Shown one piece after another: positions 40,463 through 50,000 of a stretch of 64,000 nucleotides of DNA. The notes beneath the pieces are model-generated. The model did no database searches. It worked only from the letters and a program-made list of their open reading frames with translations, and was not told the DNA's origin. The position numbers and the translations under genes were made by a program. Each line of letters begins with the position of its first letter. Position 1 is the first letter of the stretch. Source of the DNA: an uncultured Chitinophagaceae bacterium (GTDB lineage Bacteria > Bacteroidota > Ignavibacteria > UBA10030 > UBA8401); NCBI GenBank assembly GCA_964439265.1, contig CAYTOA010000005.1, forward strand, positions 9,865 to 73,864, read 5' to 3'.

Positions 40463-40750
40463 ATGGAAGTGAACGATATTTCATCCTCAGCAATACAGAA
40501 TATTCCACAACGGACCAACGCCCCGGCCCAGCCGGAGCAATGGCAGAAAGAACTTGAAAAGGCGGCCGAGGGAAAAGCGCTGCAGGCCGGACAAACTAGT
40601 CCGAGCGCGACGCTCACGCGGGCGGAACAAACATATTTCGAAGAACTCTTCCCGACATCGGCGCCAGAGCTTCAGGCATACTCGCTGTATAAACAGGACG
40701 GATCGTGCTCAGCGTCGTCCATTGGTACCGTCGTCGATCGCAAAGGATAA
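40463..40750 (+). CDS. Hypothetical Gln/Ala-rich small protein between flgC and fliE
   Basis: 95-aa ORF with RBS ggag 8 nt upstream. Fills the flgC-fliE gap exactly. No family assignment. Confidence 0.3.
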   Translation: MEVNDISSSAIQNIPQRTNAPAQPEQWQKELEKAAEGKALQAGQTSPSATLTRAEQTYFEELFPTSAPELQAYSLYKQDGSCSASSIGTVVDRKG

Positions 40751-40754
40751 TGTA

Positions 40755-41063
40755 ATGAAACTTAACCAGGTCCTAACGCTCCAGCCGAACGTTGGAGGAT
40801 TGACCAGCAATAGCGATATCAACAACGCCCTCAAGGAATCGGGGGCATCGTTCGGCCAGACACTTAATCAGGCGATCTCGGATGTCAACAACTTACAGTC
40901 CGAGGCGGGAAAGGCTGTCGAAAGTATGGTAACGGGCGAAGGTACCGACCTGCATGATGTCATGATCGCCGTCGAGAAGGCCCGGACAAGTTTCGATCTG
41001 CTGATGGAGATCCGCAACAAAACAATCGACATGTATCAGGAAATAATGAGAATTCAGGTTTAG
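40755..41063 (+). CDS. fliE: Flagellar hook-basal body protein FliE
   Basis: 102 aa. C-terminal DLHDVMIAVEKARTSFDLLMEIRNKTIDMYQEIMRI, typical of FliE. Confidence 0.85.
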   Translation: MKLNQVLTLQPNVGGLTSNSDINNALKESGASFGQTLNQAISDVNNLQSEAGKAVESMVTGEGTDLHDVMIAVEKARTSFDLLMEIRNKTIDMYQEIMRIQV

Positions 41064-41066
41064 CGC

Positions 41067-42605
41067 ATGGCAGAGACACAGTCCGTCAACCAGATCACCC
41101 AGTTTTTCCGAAGACTTACCTTTCGGCAGCGCGTCATGTTTGGCACCGTTGCAGTCATCGCGGCCGTCGCAATTTCCACCCTTGTGAGCATTGTCAACCG
41201 CCCTTCCTACGCAACGCTGTTCAGCAACGTCAGCCCCCAGGATGCCTCGAAGATCGTCGACAAATTAAAAGAGAAGAACATTCCGTACTCCCTCGAAGAT
41301 GCCGGAAGGTCGATCCTCGTGCCAAAACAGCAGGTCTACGACCTTCGCCTGTCTCTCGCAGGAGAAGGCCTCCCCCAATCGAGCGTCATCGGCTACGAGA
41401 TTTTCGACAGGACAAATTTAGGTATCTCAGATTTCGTTCAGAAAATTAATTATCGTCGGGCGCTCGAGGGCGAACTTGCGCGTACGGTGTTGGAGCTCGA
41501 TGAAGTAGAAGGGGCGCGCGTTCACATCGTGGTACCGGAAAAGGCGCTTTTCAAAGAGGACGAGAAGATGGCGACCGCCTCGGTCGTCCTCAAGCTGAAA
41601 TCGGGCAAGCCGCTGCGGCAGGAAACGATCCAGAGTATAGCTCATCTCGTCGCCAGCAGTGTGGAGGGGTTGGAGTCGAACAACGTAACGATCGTCGACT
41701 CTCGCGGAGTTTTGCTTACCGAAACCACGAAACCGAATTCACTGACTGCACTCAGTTCGACGCAGTACGAGCTTCAGCAAAAAGTCGAAGCGTATCTGTC
41801 TCAGAAGGCGCAAAGTCTCTTAGAGGGCGTTGTTGGCTCGGGAAACGCGCTTGTGCAGGTCAATGCGGACCTAGACTTTACGCAAGCGGAAAAGAATCTT
41901 GAACAGTACGACCCTGAAAACACCGCCGTGCGGAGCGAACAGACCTCCGAAGAAAAGAGCGCGTCGAGCGATTCGGCTCCTCCTTCAACTCGGACAAATT
42001 CCGTTACGAACTACGAGATCAACAAGACTGTCGAACATATCGTCGAAAGCGTCGGATCGGTCAAGCGATTGTCCGTTGCAGCAATGATCAACGGAACGCA
42101 GAAAACCGTCGAAAAGAACGGTGTCAAATCTTCCGAATACACTCCGTTGAAAGAAGAGGAAATCAGCCAGCTTACTGAAATCGTGAAGCGGGCTGTCGGA
42201 TACACGCCGGCAAGAAACGATGAGATTTCAGTGGTCAACCTGCAGTTCGGCAATGCTCTGCAGCAGGAAGACCTGGTGTATAAAGATCAGTCGATCACGA
42301 ATTGGTATGATATCGGTGAAAAAGGGCTTCTCGTGGTATTCATGATCGCAGCTCTCTTCATCATACGGTCGCTTCTCAATAAGACTGTCGTTCATTCGCG
42401 AGAAGGGGAAGATGCGCTCGAACTTCGCACTCCTCAGGGAGTGTTGGTCGCGAAGAAGGTCTCAGTTCGTCTGCCGTCTCCCGAGGACGAAATCTCTGAG
42501 GATGTTCTTCTTCGTGCTGAAAAACGGAAACGCATTGCCGCGTACGTCAACGACAAGCCCGACGATGCCGCGCGCTTGCTCAAAGTGTGGTTGGCAGAAG
42601 AATAA
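41067..42605 (+). CDS. fliF: Flagellar MS-ring protein FliF
   Basis: N-terminal transmembrane segment, YscJ/FliF ring-building motifs (LFSNVSPQDASKIVDKLKEKNIPY), a second transmembrane segment near the C-terminus. 512 aa. Confidence 0.9.
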   Translation: MAETQSVNQITQFFRRLTFRQRVMFGTVAVIAAVAISTLVSIVNRPSYATLFSNVSPQDASKIVDKLKEKNIPYSLEDAGRSILVPKQQVYDLRLSLAGEGLPQSSVIGYEIFDRTNLGISDFVQKINYRRALEGELARTVLELDEVEGARVHIVVPEKALFKEDEKMATASVVLKLKSGKPLRQETIQSIAHLVASSVEGLESNNVTIVDSRGVLLTETTKPNSLTALSSTQYELQQKVEAYLSQKAQSLLEGVVGSGNALVQVNADLDFTQAEKNLEQYDPENTAVRSEQTSEEKSASSDSAPPSTRTNSVTNYEINKTVEHIVESVGSVKRLSVAAMINGTQKTVEKNGVKSSEYTPLKEEEISQLTEIVKRAVGYTPARNDEISVVNLQFGNALQQEDLVYKDQSITNWYDIGEKGLLVVFMIAALFIIRSLLNKTVVHSREGEDALELRTPQGVLVAKKVSVRLPSPEDEISEDVLLRAEKRKRIAAYVNDKPDDAARLLKVWLAEE

Positions 42606-42620
42606 CCGAAAACGGAAGAT

Positions 42621-43631
42621 ATGCCAGAAACCCAATTATCCAGCAAACAAAAAGCCGCGTTGCTCGTCCTTTCACTCGACGTGGAAGCGGCGACGCAAGT
42701 GATGCGAAAGCTGACCCAGCAGGAAATAGAAGACCTGACGCTCGAGATCTCCAACGTCAGAGGCGTCCCTTCGCAGGTCATCGATACCGTCGCGGATGAA
42801 TTTCACCAGCTCATTCTCGCACAACAGTATGTTGTACAGGGGGGTCTGGATTACGCGCAGCAGCTTCTCGAGCGCACTCTCGGCTTTGCCAAAGCCGCAG
42901 ACGTTCTCGAAAAAGTGAAGGTGCTCTCCCATGTGACCGGTTTCGACATGCTGAAGAAGTCCGACCCGAAACAACTCGCCGGCTTCCTCCAGAAAGAACA
43001 TCCCCAGACAACTGCTCTCATCTTGTCGAATCTCAGCCCCGAGCAAACCGCCCAGGTGCTTTCTGAATTTTCCGACGAGCTCCGAAACGACGTCACATTC
43101 AGGATCTCGACCCTCGGCAAAGTCAACCCGGCCCTCCTTTCTGAAATGGAAGAGGTACTTGAAGATATCGCCGAAGCGGAGATCAGCCAGAGCATGAGTT
43201 CGCTCGGAGGGACAAAATCGGTTGCGGCCATCCTTAATCGCTGCAGCACAGCCGAAGCGAAAGTGATCCTCGAAAGTATCGAGCAGAAGAACCCGCAGCT
43301 CGCCGGAGAGATCAAACGGCTGATGTTCCTCTTTGAGGATCTGCTCTTCGTGGATGATAAGGGCATCCAGCGCATACTCCGCGAAGTGGACAAGAAGGAC
43401 CTGGCGATGTCGATGAAGGTCTCGGAGGACAAACTGAAACAAAAGATTTTTGCAAATATGTCTGAGAGAGCACAAGAGCTTCTGAAAGAAGAATTACAAT
43501 ACATGGGCCCGGTTCGGCTCAAGGATGTGGAAATGGCGCAGACCCGCATTGTCGAGATCGTAAAACAGCTCGAAGACCAGGGTGAAATCGTAGTGGCCGG
43601 AAGGGGCGGTAAGGAGGAAGTATTTGTCTGA
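42621..43631 (+). CDS. fliG: Flagellar motor switch protein FliG
   Basis: FliG middle and C-terminal domains (...EDLLFVDDKGIQRIL...MSERAQELLKEEL...), 336 aa. Confidence 0.9.
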   Translation: MPETQLSSKQKAALLVLSLDVEAATQVMRKLTQQEIEDLTLEISNVRGVPSQVIDTVADEFHQLILAQQYVVQGGLDYAQQLLERTLGFAKAADVLEKVKVLSHVTGFDMLKKSDPKQLAGFLQKEHPQTTALILSNLSPEQTAQVLSEFSDELRNDVTFRISTLGKVNPALLSEMEEVLEDIAEAEISQSMSSLGGTKSVAAILNRCSTAEAKVILESIEQKNPQLAGEIKRLMFLFEDLLFVDDKGIQRILREVDKKDLAMSMKVSEDKLKQKIFANMSERAQELLKEELQYMGPVRLKDVEMAQTRIVEIVKQLEDQGEIVVAGRGGKEEVFV

Positions 43632-44370
43632 GGTCATCAAATTGCACAAGCCAGCAGGGCGTGCCCGGATGATACACCAAGAAGTCAGCGAACTCCCATT
43701 CCCGGAGCTTACACCGACCGGTATCGGAATACCGGTGAACTCGTTCGAGACGCCCGGCGCATTGGTCGACGACGAGATGGTCTCGACCATCCTCATGAAA
43801 CGGAGTACCGTAGAAGGCGACGGAATGATCCAGCGTTCGCTCGATCGTGAGTATAAAAGGGGCTTCGAGGACGGAACAAGAGAAGCGGAAAAAATGCTGC
43901 GGGAAGATTTTGAGGCACGGGTGAGCGACGAACGGAAAAAAACGACGCTCAGAGTTATTGTTCAGCTCGAGTCTCTCATGGAAAACATTCAAAAAGAGTA
44001 TTCTCATCTGCAGCAGAGATCGGAAGAGATTGTCATTCGTTTTACGCTGGCGATCGCTGAACAGATTCTGCGCAGAGAGGTCAAAATTGATGATACAGTC
44101 GTTCTTCAGCAGATCAAAGAAGGCTTGCGACGGGTTCTCGGTGTTGACCATATTAAGGTACGTGTAAATCCGATCGACGAAGCGATGGTGCGAGAGCATC
44201 GGGCTGCGATCGCGTCGGGTTCCGATTCCCTGCGCGATATGCTGATCGAGGCTGATGAAAAGGTCGAACGAGGAGGGTGTATTCTCGAGAGCGATTCCGG
44301 AAATGTGGATGTTCGCCTATCAACTCAACTGAAAAGAATAGAAGCTGTTTTGCTCGAGAAGCCGCAATGA
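43624..44370 (+). CDS. fliH: Flagellar assembly protein FliH
   Basis: Lies between fliG and fliI. Charged coiled-coil N-terminus with a FliH/YscL-like C-terminus. Confidence 0.6.
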   Translation: MSEVIKLHKPAGRARMIHQEVSELPFPELTPTGIGIPVNSFETPGALVDDEMVSTILMKRSTVEGDGMIQRSLDREYKRGFEDGTREAEKMLREDFEARVSDERKKTTLRVIVQLESLMENIQKEYSHLQQRSEEIVIRFTLAIAEQILRREVKIDDTVVLQQIKEGLRRVLGVDHIKVRVNPIDEAMVREHRAAIASGSDSLRDMLIEADEKVERGGCILESDSGNVDVRLSTQLKRIEAVLLEKPQ

Positions 44371-45788
44371 TGAAGAACTCTAACGTACCCGATGTGCTCG
44401 ACGACCTCATGAGCCAGGATTCCCGTGACGGAATGGAACACGGGGCTGACTCGCGCGAGGGAAAGAAGTACGGTATCTTCAACAATTTTGACGACTATCT
44501 TGCAAAAATCCGGAACCTCGAACTCATCAAGGTCAACGGGCGGGTCACACAGGTCATCGGTTTGGTGATCGAATCGATAGGACCCAACTCGTCGCTCGGC
44601 GAGGTTTGTATCGTCAAAGCGAAGGGGGGAGAGGATGTTTGTCTTTCTGAGGTGGTCGGATTTAAGAACAACAGAGTTCTCTCGATGGTCCTCGGAGAAG
44701 CGAACAGGATCAGCCCCGGAAGCGAAATTGTTGCAACAGGTAAAACACTATCGGTCAGCGTCGGCGACGGCTTGCTCGGAAGAGTGATTGACGGCCTCGG
44801 ACAGCCGATCGATGGCAAGGGACCCCTGCAGACATCTGAAACACGGTCGATCTATAATGCGCCCCCCAGCCCCCTCGACCGGCGCCGCATCACAGAGCCG
44901 ATCGTCACCGGCATTCGTTCAATCGATGCGCTCCTCTCGTGCGGCAAAGGCCAGCGGATCGGAATTTTCGCAGGGAGCGGTGTGGGAAAAAGTGTGACGC
45001 TCGGGATGATCGCCCGCGACACAAGTGCGGATGTCAACGTCATTGCGCTCGTCGGAGAACGGGGCCGCGAAGTCGGAGAATTTTTGGACAGGGAACTGGG
45101 ACCGGAAGGACTGAAACGTTCTGTCGTTGTCGTCGCAACGAGCGATCAAGCCGCGCTCATTAGGATCAAGGCTGCGTTCATGGCAACAAGTATCGCGGAA
45201 TACTTTCGGGACAAGGGAAAAGATGTCATGTTGTTGATGGATTCCGTAACGCGTCTTGCCATGTCGCAGCGCGAAGTCGGGCTTGCGATTGGTGAGCCGC
45301 CGACAACGAAAGGCTATACGCCGTCGGTGTTCGCTATCCTCCCTAAGCTTTTGGAGAGGGCAGGGAATGCAAAGAAAGGGAGTATTACAGGACTTTACAC
45401 GGTCCTCGTAGAAGGGGACGACATGAATGAGCCGGTCGCGGACGCGGTTCGTTCAATCTTGGACGGGCACATCGTACTGTCCCGGCGCCTTGCTTCCGCC
45501 GGCCATTATCCGGCAGTCGACGTTCTTGAAAGTGTGAGCAGGGTGATGCCGGCGATTACGACCGTCGAGCATCGGAAGGCATCTCAACGTTTGCTGGACA
45601 TGATGGCGACCTATCGCGAAGCAGAAGACCTTATCAATATCGGTGCTTACGTGAAAGGGAGCAATCCGCGCATCGACGCAGCCGTTTCGAAAATCGACGC
45701 GATCAGGACCTTTCTCCGTCAGGCTCCCGACGAAAAAGAAAATATGACGGAGAGCATTCAGCGGCTTATCACACTGATGAAACCTTAG
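44367..45788 (+). CDS. fliI: Flagellum-specific ATP synthase FliI
   Basis: Walker A GSGVGKS and F1/T3SS-ATPase fold motifs. ATGA overlap with the fliH stop. Confidence 0.92.
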   Translation: MMKNSNVPDVLDDLMSQDSRDGMEHGADSREGKKYGIFNNFDDYLAKIRNLELIKVNGRVTQVIGLVIESIGPNSSLGEVCIVKAKGGEDVCLSEVVGFKNNRVLSMVLGEANRISPGSEIVATGKTLSVSVGDGLLGRVIDGLGQPIDGKGPLQTSETRSIYNAPPSPLDRRRITEPIVTGIRSIDALLSCGKGQRIGIFAGSGVGKSVTLGMIARDTSADVNVIALVGERGREVGEFLDRELGPEGLKRSVVVVATSDQAALIRIKAAFMATSIAEYFRDKGKDVMLLMDSVTRLAMSQREVGLAIGEPPTTKGYTPSVFAILPKLLERAGNAKKGSITGLYTVLVEGDDMNEPVADAVRSILDGHIVLSRRLASAGHYPAVDVLESVSRVMPAITTVEHRKASQRLLDMMATYREAEDLINIGAYVKGSNPRIDAAVSKIDAIRTFLRQAPDEKENMTESIQRLITLMKP

Positions 45789-46061
45789 CAATAGCACTAA
45801 TGAGCGGCCGGCGGTCACCCGCTGTGCGCACTCAAAAGGAAGAAGGGATATTCAATGACAATCGCAACGATCAGCTTCGCTTACATCGCCATCGTTCTTA
45901 GCATCATTCGTTTCGTTCATGTCCTTCGGGTGCAAGAAAGCAAGATGAGGGAGAGCCAAATTGACGGGACTAAGAGCGTCGCACCCGATTTGACAGGTAA
46001 TTCGAAGGCCGCGGCGTAAAAGGCAGCATAAACCAAATTTTGAAATTATGAATTATTATCG

Positions 46062-46505
46062 GTGGACTCAATGCAATATGTAGATACCGGTCTGGGCACA
46101 GTACTGAAGGTGAAAAAGTATCAAGAGAAAAAAGCGCACGAGGAACTCGTTCACCTCCTTCGCTCCAAAGACCTCGAACAAGCTGCTCTCTCAGATCTGA
46201 ATGACCGGAGAGAAAATGCGATGTCGGAAGCCGTTCGGGTTTCAAGATCCAGAGCGTTAGAGCTGCAGACAAGCCGTGCATTCCTTAAGACACTTTCAAC
46301 CGAGATCAGGCAAAAGGAAAAAAAGGTCGATGAAATCCAGGGCCAGGCAAATAACAAGCGCTCCGAACTTGTCGAAAGGACTCAATCGAAGCAGATGGTC
46401 GAAAACCTGGACCAGCGGCGGCAGGCGGAAATAGCGAAAGAGATCGACCGTAAGGAGCAACGGCTCATCGATGTGTTGGCACAACGAGTTACGAAGGAGC
46501 TGTAA
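46062..46505 (+). CDS. fliJ: Flagellar export chaperone FliJ
   Basis: 147-aa highly charged coiled-coil protein directly after fliI. Confidence 0.55.
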   Translation: MDSMQYVDTGLGTVLKVKKYQEKKAHEELVHLLRSKDLEQAALSDLNDRRENAMSEAVRVSRSRALELQTSRAFLKTLSTEIRQKEKKVDEIQGQANNKRSELVERTQSKQMVENLDQRRQAEIAKEIDRKEQRLIDVLAQRVTKEL

Positions 46506-46508
46506 CGG

Positions 46509-47045
46509 ATGAAACCGGCGATGAAATATCTAGTAGTCTGGATCGTGACACTCGTACTGGCCGTACAAGTGGTGCTGGTACTATATTACGTGAAACCTGA
46601 AGTGTTTTCAATGCTCAACCCTTCCGCCGCAGCTCCGGCGCCGGTTACGGTAAAACGGGCTGATTCACTCGTCGCAGAAGTTGATACAATCCGCGCTGAA
46701 CAGAAGGATTCAAGCAGTTCCATAAGCACATCTCCGGTGATGATGACCGCATCGGATGACACTCTCAAAGCTCTGGCGGCAAGGTTAGAAGTTGAGATCC
46801 GGAAAGAGGCATCGCTTGAACAAAAATTGACGGCTCACAATGCCGCCGCCGACAGTATCCATGCCAAAGAGATTAAAGGGAAGGCAAAGCTCATAGAATT
46901 GATGAGTCCGGAAGATGCGGCGCGGCTGCTGAAGAACCTGCAATTGAATGTTGCAAAAGAAGTATTAATGGCGGTAAAGAAGAAGCAGGCGGGGAAGATT
47001 CTCAGCGCTATGGAACCGCGGCTGGCAGCACGCATGATACAGTAA
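46509..47045 (+). CDS. Flagellar-operon protein with N-terminal TM helix and MgtE_N-like domain (YlxF/FlbB-like)
   Basis: A transmembrane segment, a coiled coil, and the C-terminal LMSPEDAARLLKNLQLNVAKEVLMAVKKKQAGKILSAMEP resembling the MgtE_N fold. Same position as ylxF in Bacillus fla/che operons. Confidence 0.4.
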   Translation: MKPAMKYLVVWIVTLVLAVQVVLVLYYVKPEVFSMLNPSAAAPAPVTVKRADSLVAEVDTIRAEQKDSSSSISTSPVMMTASDDTLKALAARLEVEIRKEASLEQKLTAHNAAADSIHAKEIKGKAKLIELMSPEDAARLLKNLQLNVAKEVLMAVKKKQAGKILSAMEPRLAARMIQ

Positions 47046-47063
47046 TGACCTTACAGGCATGAA

Positions 47064-50000
47064 ATGAACATACTGAATATTCTCGGAATTGTTCCGGCGA
47101 GTCAAAAAAATGTTGTAGCAGGCCAGGGGTCATTCCCGGCAGCACCGACGCAATCTCTTTTCTTGCCGATGCTCCTTCAGTTCTTTGCCGGTAACGCGAC
47201 AAAATCCGAGACGATTCCCTTTTCGCAGGTGCCGCTGAACGGAACGGCGCAGCCTAACATCGAAAGCCCCAAAAATGTAAAACCTTCCACGAACCGTCCT
47301 GGAGATACCAACGACTCCGCGGGTACAGGCCTGGACTTTCTAGCCAATCAAATTGCTCGGTTCGGGTCTGTGTTTGCGACACTTCAAAATGTAAAATTTA
47401 GCGACGGTATAAAAAACACCCCCTTAGGAAATGATGCCTTGGGGGGAGTTGATTCGAATGAAATTTCATCCGCGCAGGTGTTAGGAAGAGGGGGAGCCAA
47501 TGTTGCGCCAGCGGCTGTTGTTCAGGATCCTTTCGCGTCTGTTCCAACTGAAGGAGTTTCCGTACCGACGATATCGGTTCAACAGACATCAGTTGATGTC
47601 CTTCCTAGCGTATTAGACGTACCCTCTTCAGGGTCAATTACGGCCGCAAGTGTTCCACCTGTGGTCACAAGTTACGCTGCTTCGAATGGCACTCTGCCGT
47701 TGGCAGGTTTTGAACTCACCAAGAGAGTGGATCCACCGGCAATCTTTCCGCAAGCGGAGAGTCATTCCGCCGCAGAAGTAATGACTGAGCCTGCGTTGTC
47801 AGAACTGCCCAGCGAGGCGGGGAATGTAACAACTCTGGCTCCGATAACAAATGTGACAGCAGTTGACGGTTATGATTTGATCGGCATGCGCCAGGCTGCG
47901 GTAGGAAGTGTCGATCCAAGCACTAAGTTGCAGCACACCGAGATTCCAGAGAACACCGTGCTTAATGCAAAGGAGACTCAAGCGGCATCCTTGTTGTCAT
48001 CTAAGCCGTCAGTACGTTTCAGTGAATCCGGGGCTAGCACTCTACAACACCAGGATAATAGCGTCGCCGATTCTGAGGCGATTGTAAAACCATTCACAAT
48101 GCCATCGCCTGTATTCTCAAAGCCGGCAGTTCAGCCGGATAGCCCGGAATCCAGCGCAGTAGTGCCGGCGATCGGAACTGCCCCTAAGACTGTCGTGTTC
48201 GCATCGCCCTCATCGATGTCGCCAGCCCCATTGCCAAAACCGGCTGATCAGCTGAGCGGAGTGTCTTCAATTATTATAATTCCTCCGAGCGAAGGCACCG
48301 GCGAGACTGTTGGATCTGCACTTCCGTCATTGACAATTTCAAATCCAGTTCCTCCATCGGTGATGCCGGGGATCAAGTCTGGTGAAGCGGAATCACATGT
48401 TGGCGCTCAAGATGGTGATTCGAATGCTGCGGTCGAGAATACCATGCGGCGATACGACATGACTGACACTCCGGCGAAAATTAACTTTCTCCTCGATCAG
48501 CTGGGAAATAACACGATTCAAGCGTCCCCCCGGAATATGAATCAGGCTGACAATATCCCGGTGTCTTTGCCCGGACCACTCGTCAAACCCATAACGCAAG
48601 AAAACATCCTAACGTCGAAAATAATCGTTTCGCAGCCTCCCGAAATTCCTTTCTCAAATCCGGAAGGCTCGTTGATGGACAAAGGGTTGCGAGTGAGTGA
48701 TAGTAATGTGGGTCAGTCACATTATCTTGGGATAAAAGATGCTGCTGCGATACCCGTCGATCAATCAAATGTCAAAGGGTCTGTTTCGGGAGGGAAAGAC
48801 CTGGACTATATCGCTGGAGCGAAAGTTGAGGCTGGCTCGCTCCGAACCAAGTTCATGGCCGAATCAGAAGTAGGATCAGAAAAGAATCCGATCATCAACG
48901 AGCAGGTACAACCTCGGGAGAATTCAATTCCTGCATCTCCACTCAAATCTCCCTCATTAAATTCCACATCTCCATTGGAGAGCATGACGCCAATTGCTCA
49001 ACCAACAGTAGGTGAGGTTTCAGTTGATCCAGTTCCTGATGGCATAGCCAGTGCAACTAGTACCCCATCAGAAACCGCTTCATCGATACTGCCGCTAACA
49101 ACGAAGCCAGCCGACGTTATGCCGGCGTCCGTTGTCCAACAGTCCATCGGACCAATGACAAACGAAATTAAGGCCAATCCTCTTCCAGATCGAAAGGTCA
49201 ACACCGCCAGTACTGCTTTCTCGCCTGCGAAAGATGTAACTTTGAAACCCGCAGCATCAGTTGAACAAAGCTCGGTCGATGTTCCACCACCCACGAGGGA
49301 TGTTTCCTCGGCTGATTCAAAACTCATCACAAGTAACGCGCGAGCGGAGATTGGTCAAACTTCTCTAGACGGTGAGTCACTTTTGGTTGGGGCGGCATCG
49401 GTCAAGGGGATTGAACCATCAGCAACTTCTCCAAGAATTGACAGGTATTCCTCCACCGCGGTCGAGCCTAAAGTTTCATTTCCAGAAATGCCTTTCGACA
49501 ACACCGAGAAGATTCTCGCTCCGGCTTTGGCAGCGAACGCAAATCAGAGTGGTACGAACAGTGCATTTGGACTCCGCCAATCCCCGGTCCGCCTGGCCGA
49601 TTCAAGCATTACAGCGCCTCAGAGTCAAAGCCCGGGAAAAGATTCAGTTACCCTAAAGTCTTCGCCGGCGACAACCTCTTCATCGCAGAAACCGGCGGCT
49701 TCTTTGAGTGAAGTGGTGCCGACGGCACCGTTGCCTCAGGAGGAGGGCACAGATAATTTTGCAGCGATTGCAAGTTCTTTGCCAGAAGTATTAGCTCCAT
49801 CGCCACGGCCTCTGGCAGCAACACCGGCTCCTTTCTCGAAGACTTTGGTGCAATCGGGCGAAACGAAGCCAAGGGTTGAATTAGCCACAAACGAGATTTC
49901 GCCCAGCAGCGTTACCCCTCAGGACAATTTGCCGTCGCTGCCGTCTCCACTTTCACCACTGCCGCCGCAAAAGACAGCGCTTGATCACATTGAACAGGAT

